The notes beneath the pieces are model-generated. The model was not told the DNA's origin and did not search any database. It saw nothing but the letters and a program-made list of their open reading frames with translations. From assembly GCA_050945795.1 (NCBI GenBank), contig JBMNTP010000001.1:230879-294878 (forward strand): DNA of 64,000 nucleotides, written 5' to 3'. Source of the stretch: Christensenellales bacterium (GTDB taxonomy: Bacteria; Bacillota; Clostridia; Christensenellales; MGBC116941). Shown here in pieces: positions 1 to 9,444 of the stretch. A program made the position numbers and the translations under genes. Every line of letters starts with the position of its first letter. The stretch's first letter is position 1.

Positions 1-1
1 C

Positions 2-745
2 AGCACTTTGCCGGAGCAGGCATATCTTTACGGCCTGCCGCACGAATATCACAGCAAGCACGCTATACGCAAATACGGCTTCCACGGCATAGCCTTTCGC
101 AGCATGGCCGAAGGCGTCAAGCGGCTGACGGGGCGCGGGGCGGATCAATACAAAATAGTCAATATGATGCTGGGCAGCGGCACCACCGCCAACGCCTCGC
201 TATACGGCAAGTCGGTAGAAGTAAGCACCGGCTTTACTCCGCTTGAAGGGCTTATACAATCTACACGCACCGGCGACCTTGATCCCGCTGCGCTGCTTTA
301 TATTATGAACAAGGAAAACCTATCTCCTCAAGAGGCGGACGAACTGGTAAACAAGCGCAGCGGCTGGAGCGGGCTTAGCGGCATAAGCAACGATATGCGC
401 GAGATATACGATGCTGCGCAAAACGGCAACGCCCGCGCTGAAGCGGCGATAGCCGCCGCCTGCCATCGCTTTAAAAAGTATATAGGCGCTTATTCCGCCG
501 TTATGGGCGGCGTGGACATGCTGGTGTTTTCCGGCGGCGTAGGCGAAAACGCTTGGTATATACGCAACCGCGTAACCGAAGGGCTAGGCTTTTTAGGGCT
601 TGAGCTTGACGAGGACAAAAACAGCTCCCTTTCCGGCGAAGGCATAATAAGTAGCGATGGCTCTAAGGCCAAAATACTTGTGGTATCAGCGAATGAGGAA
701 AAAATAATAGCACAGGACACATACGCGCTTGTTAATAAAAAATAA
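2..745 (+). CDS. Acetate/propionate kinase family protein, C-terminal part (5' end lies outside window)
   Basis: The frame is open to the window edge. It contains RKYGFHGIAF (acetate-kinase FHG region) and a C-terminal VVSANEEKIIAQDT typical of ASKHA acetate kinases. HGIAF replaces the canonical HGTSH, so it may be a paralog. Confidence 0.7.
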   Translation, partial: STLPEQAYLYGLPHEYHSKHAIRKYGFHGIAFRSMAEGVKRLTGRGADQYKIVNMMLGSGTTANASLYGKSVEVSTGFTPLEGLIQSTRTGDLDPAALLYIMNKENLSPQEADELVNKRSGWSGLSGISNDMREIYDAAQNGNARAEAAIAAACHRFKKYIGAYSAVMGGVDMLVFSGGVGENAWYIRNRVTEGLGFLGLELDEDKNSSLSGEGIISSDGSKAKILVVSANEEKIIAQDTYALVNKK

Positions 746-746
746 A

Positions 747-763
747 AGCCGGATTAACCGGCT
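747..763 (-). terminator. Intrinsic terminator (lacI-family gene)
   Basis: AGCCGG-attaa-CCGGCT stem. A T-run follows on the minus strand. Confidence 0.5.
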
Positions 764-801
764 AGAGATTATATTATTCTGATATATCCGGCGGGGCTGC
801 T

Positions 802-1824
802 CTATAAGCGGGTGGATTCCCGCCGGATAAGTTCTACCGGCAGCACCTGTCTTTTTTCGCCTATATCTTCTTTATTGATAATATTAATTATAAGCCCCGC
901 CGCTATTCTGCCGAGGCTCTCGGTATCCTGACGCACAGTTGTTATAGTGGGATAGGCACATCTTGATACCGTCAAATCATTAAACCCTACAATCTTTACA
1001 TCTTCCGGCACCCTTATGCCACGCCGGTGCAAAACGCCAATAACAGCGGCGGCAATAATGTCGGTATAGCAGAATATACCGTCAAACTCAACGCCGTCAT
1101 CAAGCAGCCTGTTTACAGCAGCGGCGGCGTTTTCAAAATTTATGCCGTTTATATACTCGCTTATAAGGCTGCATCTGCCCTCTCCTCTTGCCGCTATTTC
1201 GTCAAGAACGCCGCGACTGCGCTCAAGGCGGGGCCAGAATTCCCTTTTCTCAAAAAGCATAAGTATGCGGCGGCAACCGGTATCTATAAGCTCGGCTGTC
1301 GCCATTCTGCCACCCGAATAATTATCCGACGCTATAAGATACAGCTCTCCGGTATCGGCAATATCGAGCGGCATCCTATCAACATATACTCTTGGCGTGC
1401 CGGCGTGCAGATCGCCCACGCCGCTATCCGAGCATACGAATATAAGGCCGCCTATGCTTTGCGATTTCATCATCATAAGATGCTTGTCTTCGCTGGCCTT
1501 TTTCTCATATGTGTTGCAGATAAATGTAGAGAACGAATGATCGAAAAGCGCGTTCTGCACCGCCAAAGTTATGCTTGAATAGAACTCGTTGGTAATACCT
1601 GGCACAAGTATGCCTATGGTATTTGCCTGTCTTGTCCTCAATCCTTTAGCTATCATGTTTGGCACATAGTTAACGCGCTTTATCGTTTCGTTTATTATCT
1701 GTTCCGTTTCTTTGGAGTATCTGCCCTTGTTGTTTATGACCCGCGATACGGTGGCGATGGAATATCCGGTAAGCTCCGATATTTTCTTAATAGAAACATC
1801 TCTCTTATGCATAAGCCGCACCAT
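802..1824 (-). CDS. LacI family transcriptional regulator
   Basis: N-terminal HTH IKKISELTGYSIATVSRVINN followed by a periplasmic-binding-protein-like sugar-binding core. An alternative ATG lies at 1812. Confidence 0.9.
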   Translation of the reverse strand: MVRLMHKRDVSIKKISELTGYSIATVSRVINNKGRYSKETEQIINETIKRVNYVPNMIAKGLRTRQANTIGILVPGITNEFYSSITLAVQNALFDHSFSTFICNTYEKKASEDKHLMMMKSQSIGGLIFVCSDSGVGDLHAGTPRVYVDRMPLDIADTGELYLIASDNYSGGRMATAELIDTGCRRILMLFEKREFWPRLERSRGVLDEIAARGEGRCSLISEYINGINFENAAAAVNRLLDDGVEFDGIFCYTDIIAAAVIGVLHRRGIRVPEDVKIVGFNDLTVSRCAYPTITTVRQDTESLGRIAAGLIINIINKEDIGEKRQVLPVELIRRESTRL

Positions 1825-1921
1825 CTCTTTCCGCTAATTCGCACACAGTTCCGGCCTTCCAAGCTTTAAATTAATATCCCACACCGCAGATAACCGCAAA
1901 GCGTATCGCGGCCACGACATT

Positions 1922-2959
1922 TTATGGTATAAACAATGCCTTTATGCCGCGCTCGGCTTGCAGCTCGGCGAATACTTTCTCCCATTCTGATATATCGGCG
2001 CGATGAGTTATAACAGCGTTAAGCGCATCACCTGTTGAGGCCATAAGCGAAAGCGCTTTGTCCCAAGAAGTATAGCTTGAGCTCATGCAAAACGCCACAT
2101 CTATGGATTTAAGCACCGCCGTATTCCACGGCACATTGGATTTAGGCGCGCCGCCCATGCCTATCGCGCACAGCTTGCCGTATCTTTTTACCATATTTAT
2201 TGAGGCGGCTATTCCGGCGTCGGCTCCGCTTGTTTCAATAACAACATCGGCACCTTTGCCGTCAGTAAGCTCATTTATTTTGGCAACCGGATCCTCTTTT
2301 TGTACATTTATAATGTAGTCGGCTCCTAATGCGCGCGCCGCGTCAAAACGAATGTATTCGCAAGCGTCCATGCCGGTTATAGCTACTTTGCCGGCTCCTG
2401 AAGCCTTAGCTACAAAAGCCGCTAGTATTCCGATAGGGCCGGCTCCCGATACCGCTACAAAATCCTGACAGCCTATGCCGCACCTTTCACTAACCTGATG
2501 CACGGCTATAGCCAGCGGTTCTGTTAACGCCGCCATGTCAAAGCTTATGCCTTCGGGTATTTTATGCAGCAGCATTTCGGGCATAGCCACATATTCGGCA
2601 AACGCACCGTGTATGCCCCAGCCCGGCGAACGCTTGCTCGGGCACAGCTGTATTCTGCCGGTACGGCACAGCTCACATACTCCGCACGCCAGAGAATGAG
2701 GCTCGGCTACTACAGCATCGCCTACTTTAAAGCGTGAGCATTTGCTGCCCACCTGCTCTATTATACCTGAAAACTCATGCCCCAGTATAACCGGCGGCCA
2801 GTAGGGGTATTCATCGTGTAAAATGTGTATGTCGGTGCCGCATACGCCGGCAGCCTTAACCTTTATGATTACCCAATCCTCAGCCGGCAACACCGGCTCC
2901 GGCATATCCATAACCTTAATGTTTCCCGGGCCTTTCTCGTATTTAACTAACGCCCTCAT
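1922..2959 (-). CDS. Zinc-dependent alcohol/polyol dehydrogenase (MDR family, sorbitol/threonine dehydrogenase-like)
   Basis: Catalytic zinc motifs GVCGTDIH and GHEFSG, structural zinc CGVCELCRTGRIQLC, and NAD fold VSGAGPIG. Start moved to the ATG at 2959, which has GGAGG 7 nt upstream; the longer ORF to 3034 has no RBS. Confidence 0.9.
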   Translation of the reverse strand: MRALVKYEKGPGNIKVMDMPEPVLPAEDWVIIKVKAAGVCGTDIHILHDEYPYWPPVILGHEFSGIIEQVGSKCSRFKVGDAVVAEPHSLACGVCELCRTGRIQLCPSKRSPGWGIHGAFAEYVAMPEMLLHKIPEGISFDMAALTEPLAIAVHQVSERCGIGCQDFVAVSGAGPIGILAAFVAKASGAGKVAITGMDACEYIRFDAARALGADYIINVQKEDPVAKINELTDGKGADVVIETSGADAGIAASINMVKRYGKLCAIGMGGAPKSNVPWNTAVLKSIDVAFCMSSSYTSWDKALSLMASTGDALNAVITHRADISEWEKVFAELQAERGIKALFIP

Positions 2960-3109
2960 GTAATACCTCCAAACAAATAGTGTATGCCGCATCCCGAACA
3001 ACCCGCATAAATATACGCCGCATTCAAGACACAACGGTGAAATATTAAACTTTAGTAACTGGAATTATATATAATCATATCACAATAACGCGGCATAATA
3101 AAGATACTT

Positions 3110-3155
3110 GATTGCTTGTATATCCGGCCTGCCCAATCCGGATATACAAGCAATC
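3110..3155. other. Perfect 18-bp inverted repeat with 10-nt loop
   Basis: GATTGCTTGTATATCCGG (3110-3127) and CCGGATATACAAGCAATC (3138-3155) are exact reverse complements. No clear U-tract on either strand. Confidence 0.8.
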
Positions 3156-3243
3156 ATACAGTCGCTGATAATTCCCTTTAAATGCAACTTTCTATAGCTG
3201 ATTGCCGATTTTTTACTTTTTTTGTTAATAAGTAACGTTCCTG

Positions 3244-4383
3244 TTACACCGAAACGGTAGAATCCATAAGCGAAATGAATCTTATCATTCTGTCGGCAGC
3301 GCCAGCGAGTAAACGAGGCGCGTCGCTCATGGACTTTTCAAGGCTCATAGGCGAATCGGACAGCGTCATAACGCTGCACTTAGCTATAGAATAAATATCC
3401 TGCCAGCCATCTCCGAGCCCGCCGACTATAACGGCGACAGGAATTTCCTTTTGCGCACAACGCATGGCGATACCGGCCGGCACCTTTCCAAACTTAACAG
3501 ACTGCGCGTCCAGCCTGCCCTCTCCCGTTATAACAAGCGACGCGCCTTGGAGCAGCTCATCAAAACGCACAGCGTCCATAACAGCGTCAATGCCACGGCT
3601 CATCCTGGCCTTTAGCACTCCTCCGAGCGCAGCGCCTACGCCTCCGGCAGCTCCCGCACCGCTCAGCGTTACTATGTCCATGCCGAGCTGCTTTTCAAAA
3701 ACGGCGGCGTAGTTTTCCATGCCCGCCTCAAGCCTGTCGCCTATCTCTCCGACAGCGCCTTTTTGCGGCCCGTAAATATATGTCGCTCCGTTTGGCCCAA
3801 GCAAAGGGTTTGTAACATCGCAAATGACGTTTATATCGGCGGATTCTAACTCTGGAATAAGGTTTTGAAGGCTTATATCCGTAACTCGCTCAAGGTCCTC
3901 TCCCCTGCCGTAAAGAAGCTCGCCGTCGCTGCGAAACTCAGCTCCTAGCGCCGCCAGCATACCCATGCCTCCATCGTTCGACATGCTGCCGCCAATGCCC
4001 ACGAGCACCTTCTTAAAGCCCTTTTTAAGTACCAGCGCTATCATATCGCCAAGCCCCCTTGACGTAGCCTTAAGAGGGTCATTCTCTGTCGCGGTGGCGA
4101 GTCCGGCTATCGCCGCCATCTCTATTACGGCGGTATCGCCGTATATGACGCCGTATTTAGCCGTTACCTCCTCGCCCATGCCTCCGCTAACTTGCGCCGA
4201 TTCAAAATGTCCTCCTGCCGCAGTTACGAGCGCATCGGCGGTACCTTCTCCACCATCGGCTACGGGAACCTTTATAATTTCCTGCTCACCCCAGTTGCTT
4301 TTTATGGCGGAGCTTATTATTTCTATAGCCTCAATAGAAGAAAGCGAGCCTTTAAAGGAATCAGGCGCGATTATTATTTTCAT
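3244..4383 (-). CDS. Glycerate kinase (GlxK/GarK family)
   Basis: N-terminus MKIIIAPDSFKGSLSS and overall length and composition are typical of glycerate kinases. Confidence 0.9.
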   Translation of the reverse strand: MKIIIAPDSFKGSLSSIEAIEIISSAIKSNWGEQEIIKVPVADGGEGTADALVTAAGGHFESAQVSGGMGEEVTAKYGVIYGDTAVIEMAAIAGLATATENDPLKATSRGLGDMIALVLKKGFKKVLVGIGGSMSNDGGMGMLAALGAEFRSDGELLYGRGEDLERVTDISLQNLIPELESADINVICDVTNPLLGPNGATYIYGPQKGAVGEIGDRLEAGMENYAAVFEKQLGMDIVTLSGAGAAGGVGAALGGVLKARMSRGIDAVMDAVRFDELLQGASLVITGEGRLDAQSVKFGKVPAGIAMRCAQKEIPVAVIVGGLGDGWQDIYSIAKCSVMTLSDSPMSLEKSMSDAPRLLAGAADRMIRFISLMDSTVSV

Positions 4384-4542
4384 AATATAAACCCCCAGCT
4401 AAGATTTTCTAACGTATCAGCGAACGCCGTTACAGCGCCACCTAAGCGGCTTTAATATGCCGCCTTTTTGTCCATACAATACAACTTAAATGCTACAATT
4501 ATTTAGCCCCGCCGTCAAGAGCGGCAGGTGGAAAATAACATA

Positions 4543-4573
4543 GCGGCGTTCACTCTTTTAAAGCGAACGCCGC
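4543..4573 (-). terminator. Intrinsic terminator after ohr
   Basis: 9-bp stem GCGGCGTTC/GAACGCCGC. A T-rich tract follows on the minus strand. Confidence 0.55.
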
Positions 4574-4603
4574 CTGTACTTGCTAAAGCCTACCGCCTGT
4601 CCC

Positions 4604-5023
4604 TTATTCGGCTACGGCGGAAACTGATACTTCTATATTGCCCCTTGTCGCCTTAGAATACGGGCAAATGCCGTGCGCGTCGATAACCAGCTCATCTGCG
4701 GTCTTTTGGTCTACTCCCGATATTGTGGCAACTATATCCGCGGCTATTTCGAATCCGCCTTCATCGTCGGTGCCTATGCTGACTTCAACAGCCACTTCGG
4801 ACTTTTTAACCGGCGCTTTTTTGTTCTTTATCGCCAATGCCAAAGCTCCACTAAAGCAGGCAGAATACCCCGCCGCGAACAGCTGCTCAGGATTTGCGCC
4901 CTTGCCATTGCCGCCAAGAGGAACGGGATGGGTCATATTAAACGCCAGCGGACTGTCCTTAACCTCAACCTTACCTTCTCTTCCGCTGTAAGCAACAGCT
5001 TTCGTAGTATAGAGAACCTTCAT
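4604..5023 (-). CDS. ohr: Organic hydroperoxide resistance protein (OsmC/Ohr family)
   Basis: 139 aa with the two conserved Ohr cysteines in GYSACF and HGICPYS. Confidence 0.85.
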   Translation of the reverse strand: MKVLYTTKAVAYSGREGKVEVKDSPLAFNMTHPVPLGGNGKGANPEQLFAAGYSACFSGALALAIKNKKAPVKKSEVAVEVSIGTDDEGGFEIAADIVATISGVDQKTADELVIDAHGICPYSKATRGNIEVSVSAVAE

Positions 5024-5103
5024 AGCAGTTACCCCCTTTTTAGATATTATATGGTAATTAATTATACCACAATTTTGGTTACGTATCCCTTTATTTTAAA
5101 ATC

Positions 5104-5877
5104 CTATCTATTTTGCACGCCTTGAAATTCCTCAAGGCAGCTTTTCGCGGCGTTAAAAAGCAGCATGGAATCAACCCCACCAAGCAGGAAACGGAATCCC
5201 ATTTCGGCGTGTTTTTGTATCATGCCCGGCGAAGTCATAATCCCCGGAGTAACATTATGCCTCTTACAAGCGTCAAGCACTTTTACAAACGCCTTATGCA
5301 TATCAGGATGGTTCATATCGCCCATTATACCCATAGAAAGCGAAAGGTCGTAAGGGCCTAAAAAGGCAACGTCAATGCCGTCTACCGAGAGAATACCATC
5401 GATATCCTCAACAGCCTTAAAATGCTCTATCTGAAGTATCTTTATAAGCCCGGTACGCGTAAACTCGACATATTCATCAAGCTTGTTGCCAAACACGCAT
5501 GCCCTCCCCGTACCAACGCCACGAACGCCGCGCGGCGGGTATGTGCAATACTGTATAGCCAGCTCCGCCTCTTCTTTGGAGTTTATCATCGGTATCATAA
5601 TGCCTTTAGGGCCGGCGTCAAGCCCCTGCTTAACAACCCATATGTCATTTCCGGGCACTCTTATAAGCGGCACCGTATCGGTGGATTTGATGTGCGATAT
5701 AAGCTTTCCCGCCGTTTCAAGGCTCATAGCGCCGTGCTCGCCATCCACCATTATCATGTCAAAACCGACATGCGCCAGTATTTCAGCGTTGTCTACGCTG
5801 CCCGTTTCTATCCACGGGCCGAATACGGTTTTCCCCTCGGAAATTTTGGTTTTTACCAAGTTATCCATGAGTCGCAC
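5104..5877 (-). CDS. HpcH/HpaI family 2-keto-3-deoxy-acid aldolase
   Basis: MVDGEHG motif and length (257 aa) are typical of HpcH/HpaI class II aldolases. Confidence 0.8.
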   Translation of the reverse strand: MRLMDNLVKTKISEGKTVFGPWIETGSVDNAEILAHVGFDMIMVDGEHGAMSLETAGKLISHIKSTDTVPLIRVPGNDIWVVKQGLDAGPKGIMIPMINSKEEAELAIQYCTYPPRGVRGVGTGRACVFGNKLDEYVEFTRTGLIKILQIEHFKAVEDIDGILSVDGIDVAFLGPYDLSLSMGIMGDMNHPDMHKAFVKVLDACKRHNVTPGIMTSPGMIQKHAEMGFRFLLGGVDSMLLFNAAKSCLEEFQGVQNR

Positions 5878-6141
5878 CTTCCTGTTCTATATTATTTGTA
5901 TTATATAAAGCCCCGAGGTTAATGAGGCGTAACGACATTTTAAAACGGTGCGCATATCTATATGCGGCGAAAATTATATTTGCGATATGTACTTGAGCAA
6001 TGCGGTCAATATACAAAAAATCTATCTATATAGCTTATATGAAACGGGTGTTTACCATGCCCTTAATATATATAATACCAAACAATGGCGATATTTGGTA
6101 GCCATAATGCCGGGCAAGCGGAAAACCTAATAGAGGACGGC

Positions 6142-6340
6142 GCCTCCGGCGGCAAACCCTTTAAAAAGGGTTTGATTCTAAACTTTGCAAATGCCGCATA
6201 TGCGGCATTTTAAGAAAGGTTTGGGATATATTTATCTCTTGTTCCGGTTCGATCATATAAAATAATCTAGCATACAAACGCACTTTGCGTTATTGATTTT
6301 CTTTGGCATACCTTTCTTTTTTCTAAAAGAAAGGTATGAT
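6142..6340 (-). repeat. Intergenic modular repeat, copy A (modules M1 hairpin, CCAAAGAA box, M3 double palindrome)
   Basis: 13-bp perfect hairpin at 6308-6337, 18-nt palindrome ATGCCGCATATGCGGCAT at 6191-6208, AAACCCTTT..AAAGGGTTT palindrome, and GCCGCCGGAGGC. Aligns by eye to copies at 13367-13640 and 59827-60410. Confidence 0.8.
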
Positions 6341-6355
6341 AATAACCCGGCTTTA

Positions 6356-7207
6356 TCAGCAAAGCCCGAGCGATCTTATAAGATACGGCAGCTCGCTTTC
6401 AAAATTCACCCCAAAACGCACATCTGTTCCGGCTTTCCTCGTCCTCTCGATGCTCCTTACAGTAAACTCAACGGCGATACCCGCGGCGTCGCTCAAACTC
6501 TTGCCGCTCATAAGGGCAGACAGTAGTGCGCTGCCAAAAACATCGCCGGTGCCGTGATATTGCCCCTCTATACGCCGCGACAGCATATACTCAACGCTAT
6601 CGGTATTTTTATCAAACGCGGCGGCGCCCAGCTTATCATTATCAAAATATACGCCGGTTAAAACAACCTTGTCCGGCCCAAGACGCGACAGAGCGCGCAG
6701 CATGTCCTCAATATAAGTCTTTTCATACGGGCCTTTGTGGTATTCGCGGCCTAAAAGCAACGCCGCCTCCGTCATATTAGGCACCATTACATCTGCTTTA
6801 GCGCACAGCTTTTTCATGCCGTCCGGAAAGTTTTTGGGGAAAACTTTATAAAGCTCGCCAAAATCCGCCATAACCGGATCTACCACAATTAAAGTGTCGT
6901 CGTCTTTTAGCATTTCACAAATTTCCGCAACAATATCAAGCTGGCGAAACGAGCCTAAAAAGCCGGTGTAGATAGCGTCAAAGCCTAGCTCTAGCGCCTT
7001 CCAATGCTCGGCTATGGGAAGAATGTCGTCTGTAAGGTCACGGTATGTAAAACCGTCAATGCCGCCTGTATGCGTTGATAGCACAGCGGTGGGTATAACG
7101 CTTGTTTCAATGCCCGCAGCCGATATTATAGGCAGCGCGACGGTAATAGAGCATTTCCCAAATCCAGATATGTCGTGTATAGCTGCGACCCTTTTTTGTT
7201 CTCGCAT
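6356..7207 (-). CDS. pdxK: Pyridoxal/pyridoxamine kinase (ribokinase superfamily)
   Basis: N-terminus KRVAAIHDISGFGKCSITVALPIISAAG and C-terminal GTGDVFGSALL are typical of PdxK/pyridoxamine kinase. Confidence 0.85.
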   Translation of the reverse strand: MREQKRVAAIHDISGFGKCSITVALPIISAAGIETSVIPTAVLSTHTGGIDGFTYRDLTDDILPIAEHWKALELGFDAIYTGFLGSFRQLDIVAEICEMLKDDDTLIVVDPVMADFGELYKVFPKNFPDGMKKLCAKADVMVPNMTEAALLLGREYHKGPYEKTYIEDMLRALSRLGPDKVVLTGVYFDNDKLGAAAFDKNTDSVEYMLSRRIEGQYHGTGDVFGSALLSALMSGKSLSDAAGIAVEFTVRSIERTRKAGTDVRFGVNFESELPYLIRSLGLC

Positions 7208-7356
7208 TAAATTTCTCCTTGCGTATGATTGCCATATAAGGCGCTGTTTTTGCGCCTTATCAAAATATTATACTATACGCCAAGCGGCAAGCCAATAAGC
7301 GTATTTTAGAAAATAGACTTTGTCCTATTTATCCTAAGCCGGTATCTAAAAGCAAA

Positions 7357-7374
7357 ATGCCGCCAAAGCGGCAT
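7357..7374 (-). terminator. Intrinsic terminator after cysK
   Basis: ATGCCGC-caaa-GCGGCAT stem, followed by TTTGCTTTT on the minus strand. Confidence 0.6.
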
Positions 7375-7418
7375 TTAATGCATTTATAATAGCGGTTGCA
7401 ATAAGCGCTAATACCTGC

Positions 7419-8351
7419 TTATTCTGAAAATAACGCCGTTGAAAGATATCTTTCTCCGGTATCCGGCAATATAACGACAATTGTTTTACCTGCATTCTCC
7501 TGCCTTTTCGCAAGCTGCGTAGCCGCCCACAGCGCCGCCCCGGACGATATGCCGACAAGCAGCCCTTCGTTTTTTGATATTACCCTGCCCATTTCAAAAG
7601 CGTCCTCGTTTCGCACTTGAATAACTTCATCATAAATATCGGTATCTAATACCTCCGGCACAAAACCTGCGCCTATACCCTGTATTTTATGCGGCCCAGG
7701 CTTGCCCCCCGACAATACCGGCGAATCTGTCGGCTCCACCGCTACTGCCTTAACATCAGGCTTTTGGGATTTTACGAACTGGCCTATTCCTGTAATAGTG
7801 CCGCCCGTGCCTATGCCAGATACAATTATGTCAACCTCGCCGTCGGTGTCCTGCCATATTTCCGGCCCCGTAGTTTCTCTATGGACTTTGGGATTGGCGG
7901 GGTTGTCAAACTGCGCGGGTATGAAGGAGTTTTTGATTTCCTTAGCCAGCTCCTCGGCTTTATCAATAGCGCCCCTCATGCCCAATGCCCCATCCGTTAA
8001 TACCAGCTCGGCGCCATATGCCTTTAGCAGGTTTCTCCTCTCAATGCTCATTGTCTCTGGCATTGTAAGTATAACCCTGTATCCTCTCGCCGCCGCCACC
8101 GAAGCGAGCCCAATTCCGGTATTGCCGCTTGTAGGCTCTATAATAACCGATTCCGGCTTTAGAATGCCCTTTGCCTCGGCATCATCTATCATAGCCTTGG
8201 CTATCCTGTCTTTAACGCTGCCCGCCGGATTAAAATACTCAAGCTTAGCAATAATCCTCGCTTTAAGCTGATTTTTCTTTGCGTAGTTCGTCAGCTCCAG
8301 CATAGGAGTTTTGCCTATAAGCTCAGTTATGCTTTTATATATCTTTGCCAT
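7419..8351 (-). CDS. cysK: Cysteine synthase A (O-acetylserine sulfhydrylase)
   Basis: PLP lysine context NPAGSVKDR and GTGGTITG loop. Start set at the ATG at 8351, which has GGAGG about 10 nt upstream. Confidence 0.95.
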   Translation of the reverse strand: MAKIYKSITELIGKTPMLELTNYAKKNQLKARIIAKLEYFNPAGSVKDRIAKAMIDDAEAKGILKPESVIIEPTSGNTGIGLASVAAARGYRVILTMPETMSIERRNLLKAYGAELVLTDGALGMRGAIDKAEELAKEIKNSFIPAQFDNPANPKVHRETTGPEIWQDTDGEVDIIVSGIGTGGTITGIGQFVKSQKPDVKAVAVEPTDSPVLSGGKPGPHKIQGIGAGFVPEVLDTDIYDEVIQVRNEDAFEMGRVISKNEGLLVGISSGAALWAATQLAKRQENAGKTIVVILPDTGERYLSTALFSE

Positions 8352-8411
8352 TTCATTATACCTCCGCCACATCATTTTATATTATTCATATCCGATTAAT
8401 ATGTTATGTCT

Positions 8412-8440
8412 ATATTAGTACTATTATGCGCCATTGTCAA
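8412..8440 (-). promoter_or_regulatory. Sigma-A-type promoter for cysK
   Basis: On the minus strand, TTGACA (8440-8435), a 17-nt spacer, then TAATAT (8417-8412). Confidence 0.65.
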
Positions 8441-8550
8441 CACAAAAAAACAATATATCGCACAAATATTTCCGGCGCTTATCCGGCGGCGCGCTTACTT
8501 AATATGCCACTTATCCGCCGGAGCGTAAGCCTTACTAGGGCAAGGCAGCA

Positions 8551-8579
8551 TTGACACCCCGTCTCGCCCAATTTATAAT
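8551..8579 (+). promoter_or_regulatory. Consensus sigma-A promoter for eda
   Basis: TTGACA (8551-8556), a 17-nt spacer, then TATAAT (8574-8579), about 40 nt upstream of the eda start. Confidence 0.75.
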
Positions 8580-8618
8580 TATGGTAAATGGTTTCAAATA
8601 AATTTCAGGAGGCGCGAC

Positions 8619-9266
8619 ATGTCCGATACTTTAGCTTTTATAAAGCAACACAAAATCATAGCAATAATGCGTAAACTTCCCCCCGAGCAGCTTATACAAA
8701 CCTCGCAGGCGCTGTACGATGGCGGCATAAGGCTTATGGAAATAACCTTTGACCAAAAGGGCGATCCCAACGTAACAGTTGAGTCTATAAAAACTCTTAT
8801 AAGCCATTTCGGCGACAAGCTTCTTGTAGGTGCAGGAACGGTTATGAGCTTAGAGCAGCTTGATATGGCATACAAAGCCGGTGCGAAATACATAATTTCG
8901 CCTGACTGCAATACCGCCGTTATAGAAAAGACAAAGGAGCTTGGCCTTGTGTCCATGCCCGGCGCTCTTACTCCCACCGAAATCGCCACCGCTTATAATC
9001 ACGGAGCGGATATAGTAAAACTGTTCCCGGCCGGCGTTTTTGGCGTTGATTATGTCAAAGCCGTTCGTGCCCCCGTTAGCCATGTACCGCTCGCGGCTGT
9101 TGGCGGCATAACCGAGAACAATATCTCCGATTTTATAGCCGCCGGCATATCAAGCTTCGGCCTTGGCTCGAACATCGTTCGTGCCGACCTTATAAAAGAA
9201 GGCAAATTCGATGAGATAACGGCGCTCGCCGCCCTTTATGTTAAAAAACTTGAAGCAGTAAAATAA
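8619..9266 (+). CDS. eda: 2-dehydro-3-deoxyphosphogluconate / 4-hydroxy-2-oxoglutarate aldolase
   Basis: IIAIMR...GGIRLMEITF...GAGTV...VKLFPA pattern of KDPG aldolases. SD AGGAGG precedes the start. Confidence 0.9.
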   Translation: MSDTLAFIKQHKIIAIMRKLPPEQLIQTSQALYDGGIRLMEITFDQKGDPNVTVESIKTLISHFGDKLLVGAGTVMSLEQLDMAYKAGAKYIISPDCNTAVIEKTKELGLVSMPGALTPTEIATAYNHGADIVKLFPAGVFGVDYVKAVRAPVSHVPLAAVGGITENNISDFIAAGISSFGLGSNIVRADLIKEGKFDEITALAALYVKKLEAVK

Positions 9267-9280
9267 AATGTTAGCCATAA

Positions 9281-9307
9281 ACGGCCGGTATTATGCCGGC
9301 CGTTTTT
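9281..9307 (+). terminator. Intrinsic terminator after eda
   Basis: ACGGCCGG-tattatg-CCGGCCGT stem followed by TTTT. Confidence 0.8.
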
Positions 9308-9363
9308 ATTTGCAGCAAATGCGCTTATAAATAATTTTTCATACTGGCAAATATAAAAAAGCT

Positions 9364-9395
9364 ACGCCGCCACAATCCGATGCTCGTGGCGGCGT
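9364..9395 (-). terminator. Intrinsic terminator after the vanW-domain gene
   Basis: 10-bp stem ACGCCGCCAC/GTGGCGGCGT. AGCTTTTTT follows on the minus strand. Confidence 0.7.
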
Positions 9396-9444
9396 CTAAT
9401 TAAAATACTGTTTATATCAGCGGCTTATATAATGCTTGTGAAAC

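Noticed and set aside
7237-7262. Hairpin ATAAGGCGC-tgttttt-GCGCCTTAT immediately upstream of the pdxK SD, considered as a possible attenuator
   Set aside because: No U-tract follows on the sense (minus) strand and no alternative pairing is evident. It may simply be a leader stem, so I did not call a regulatory element.
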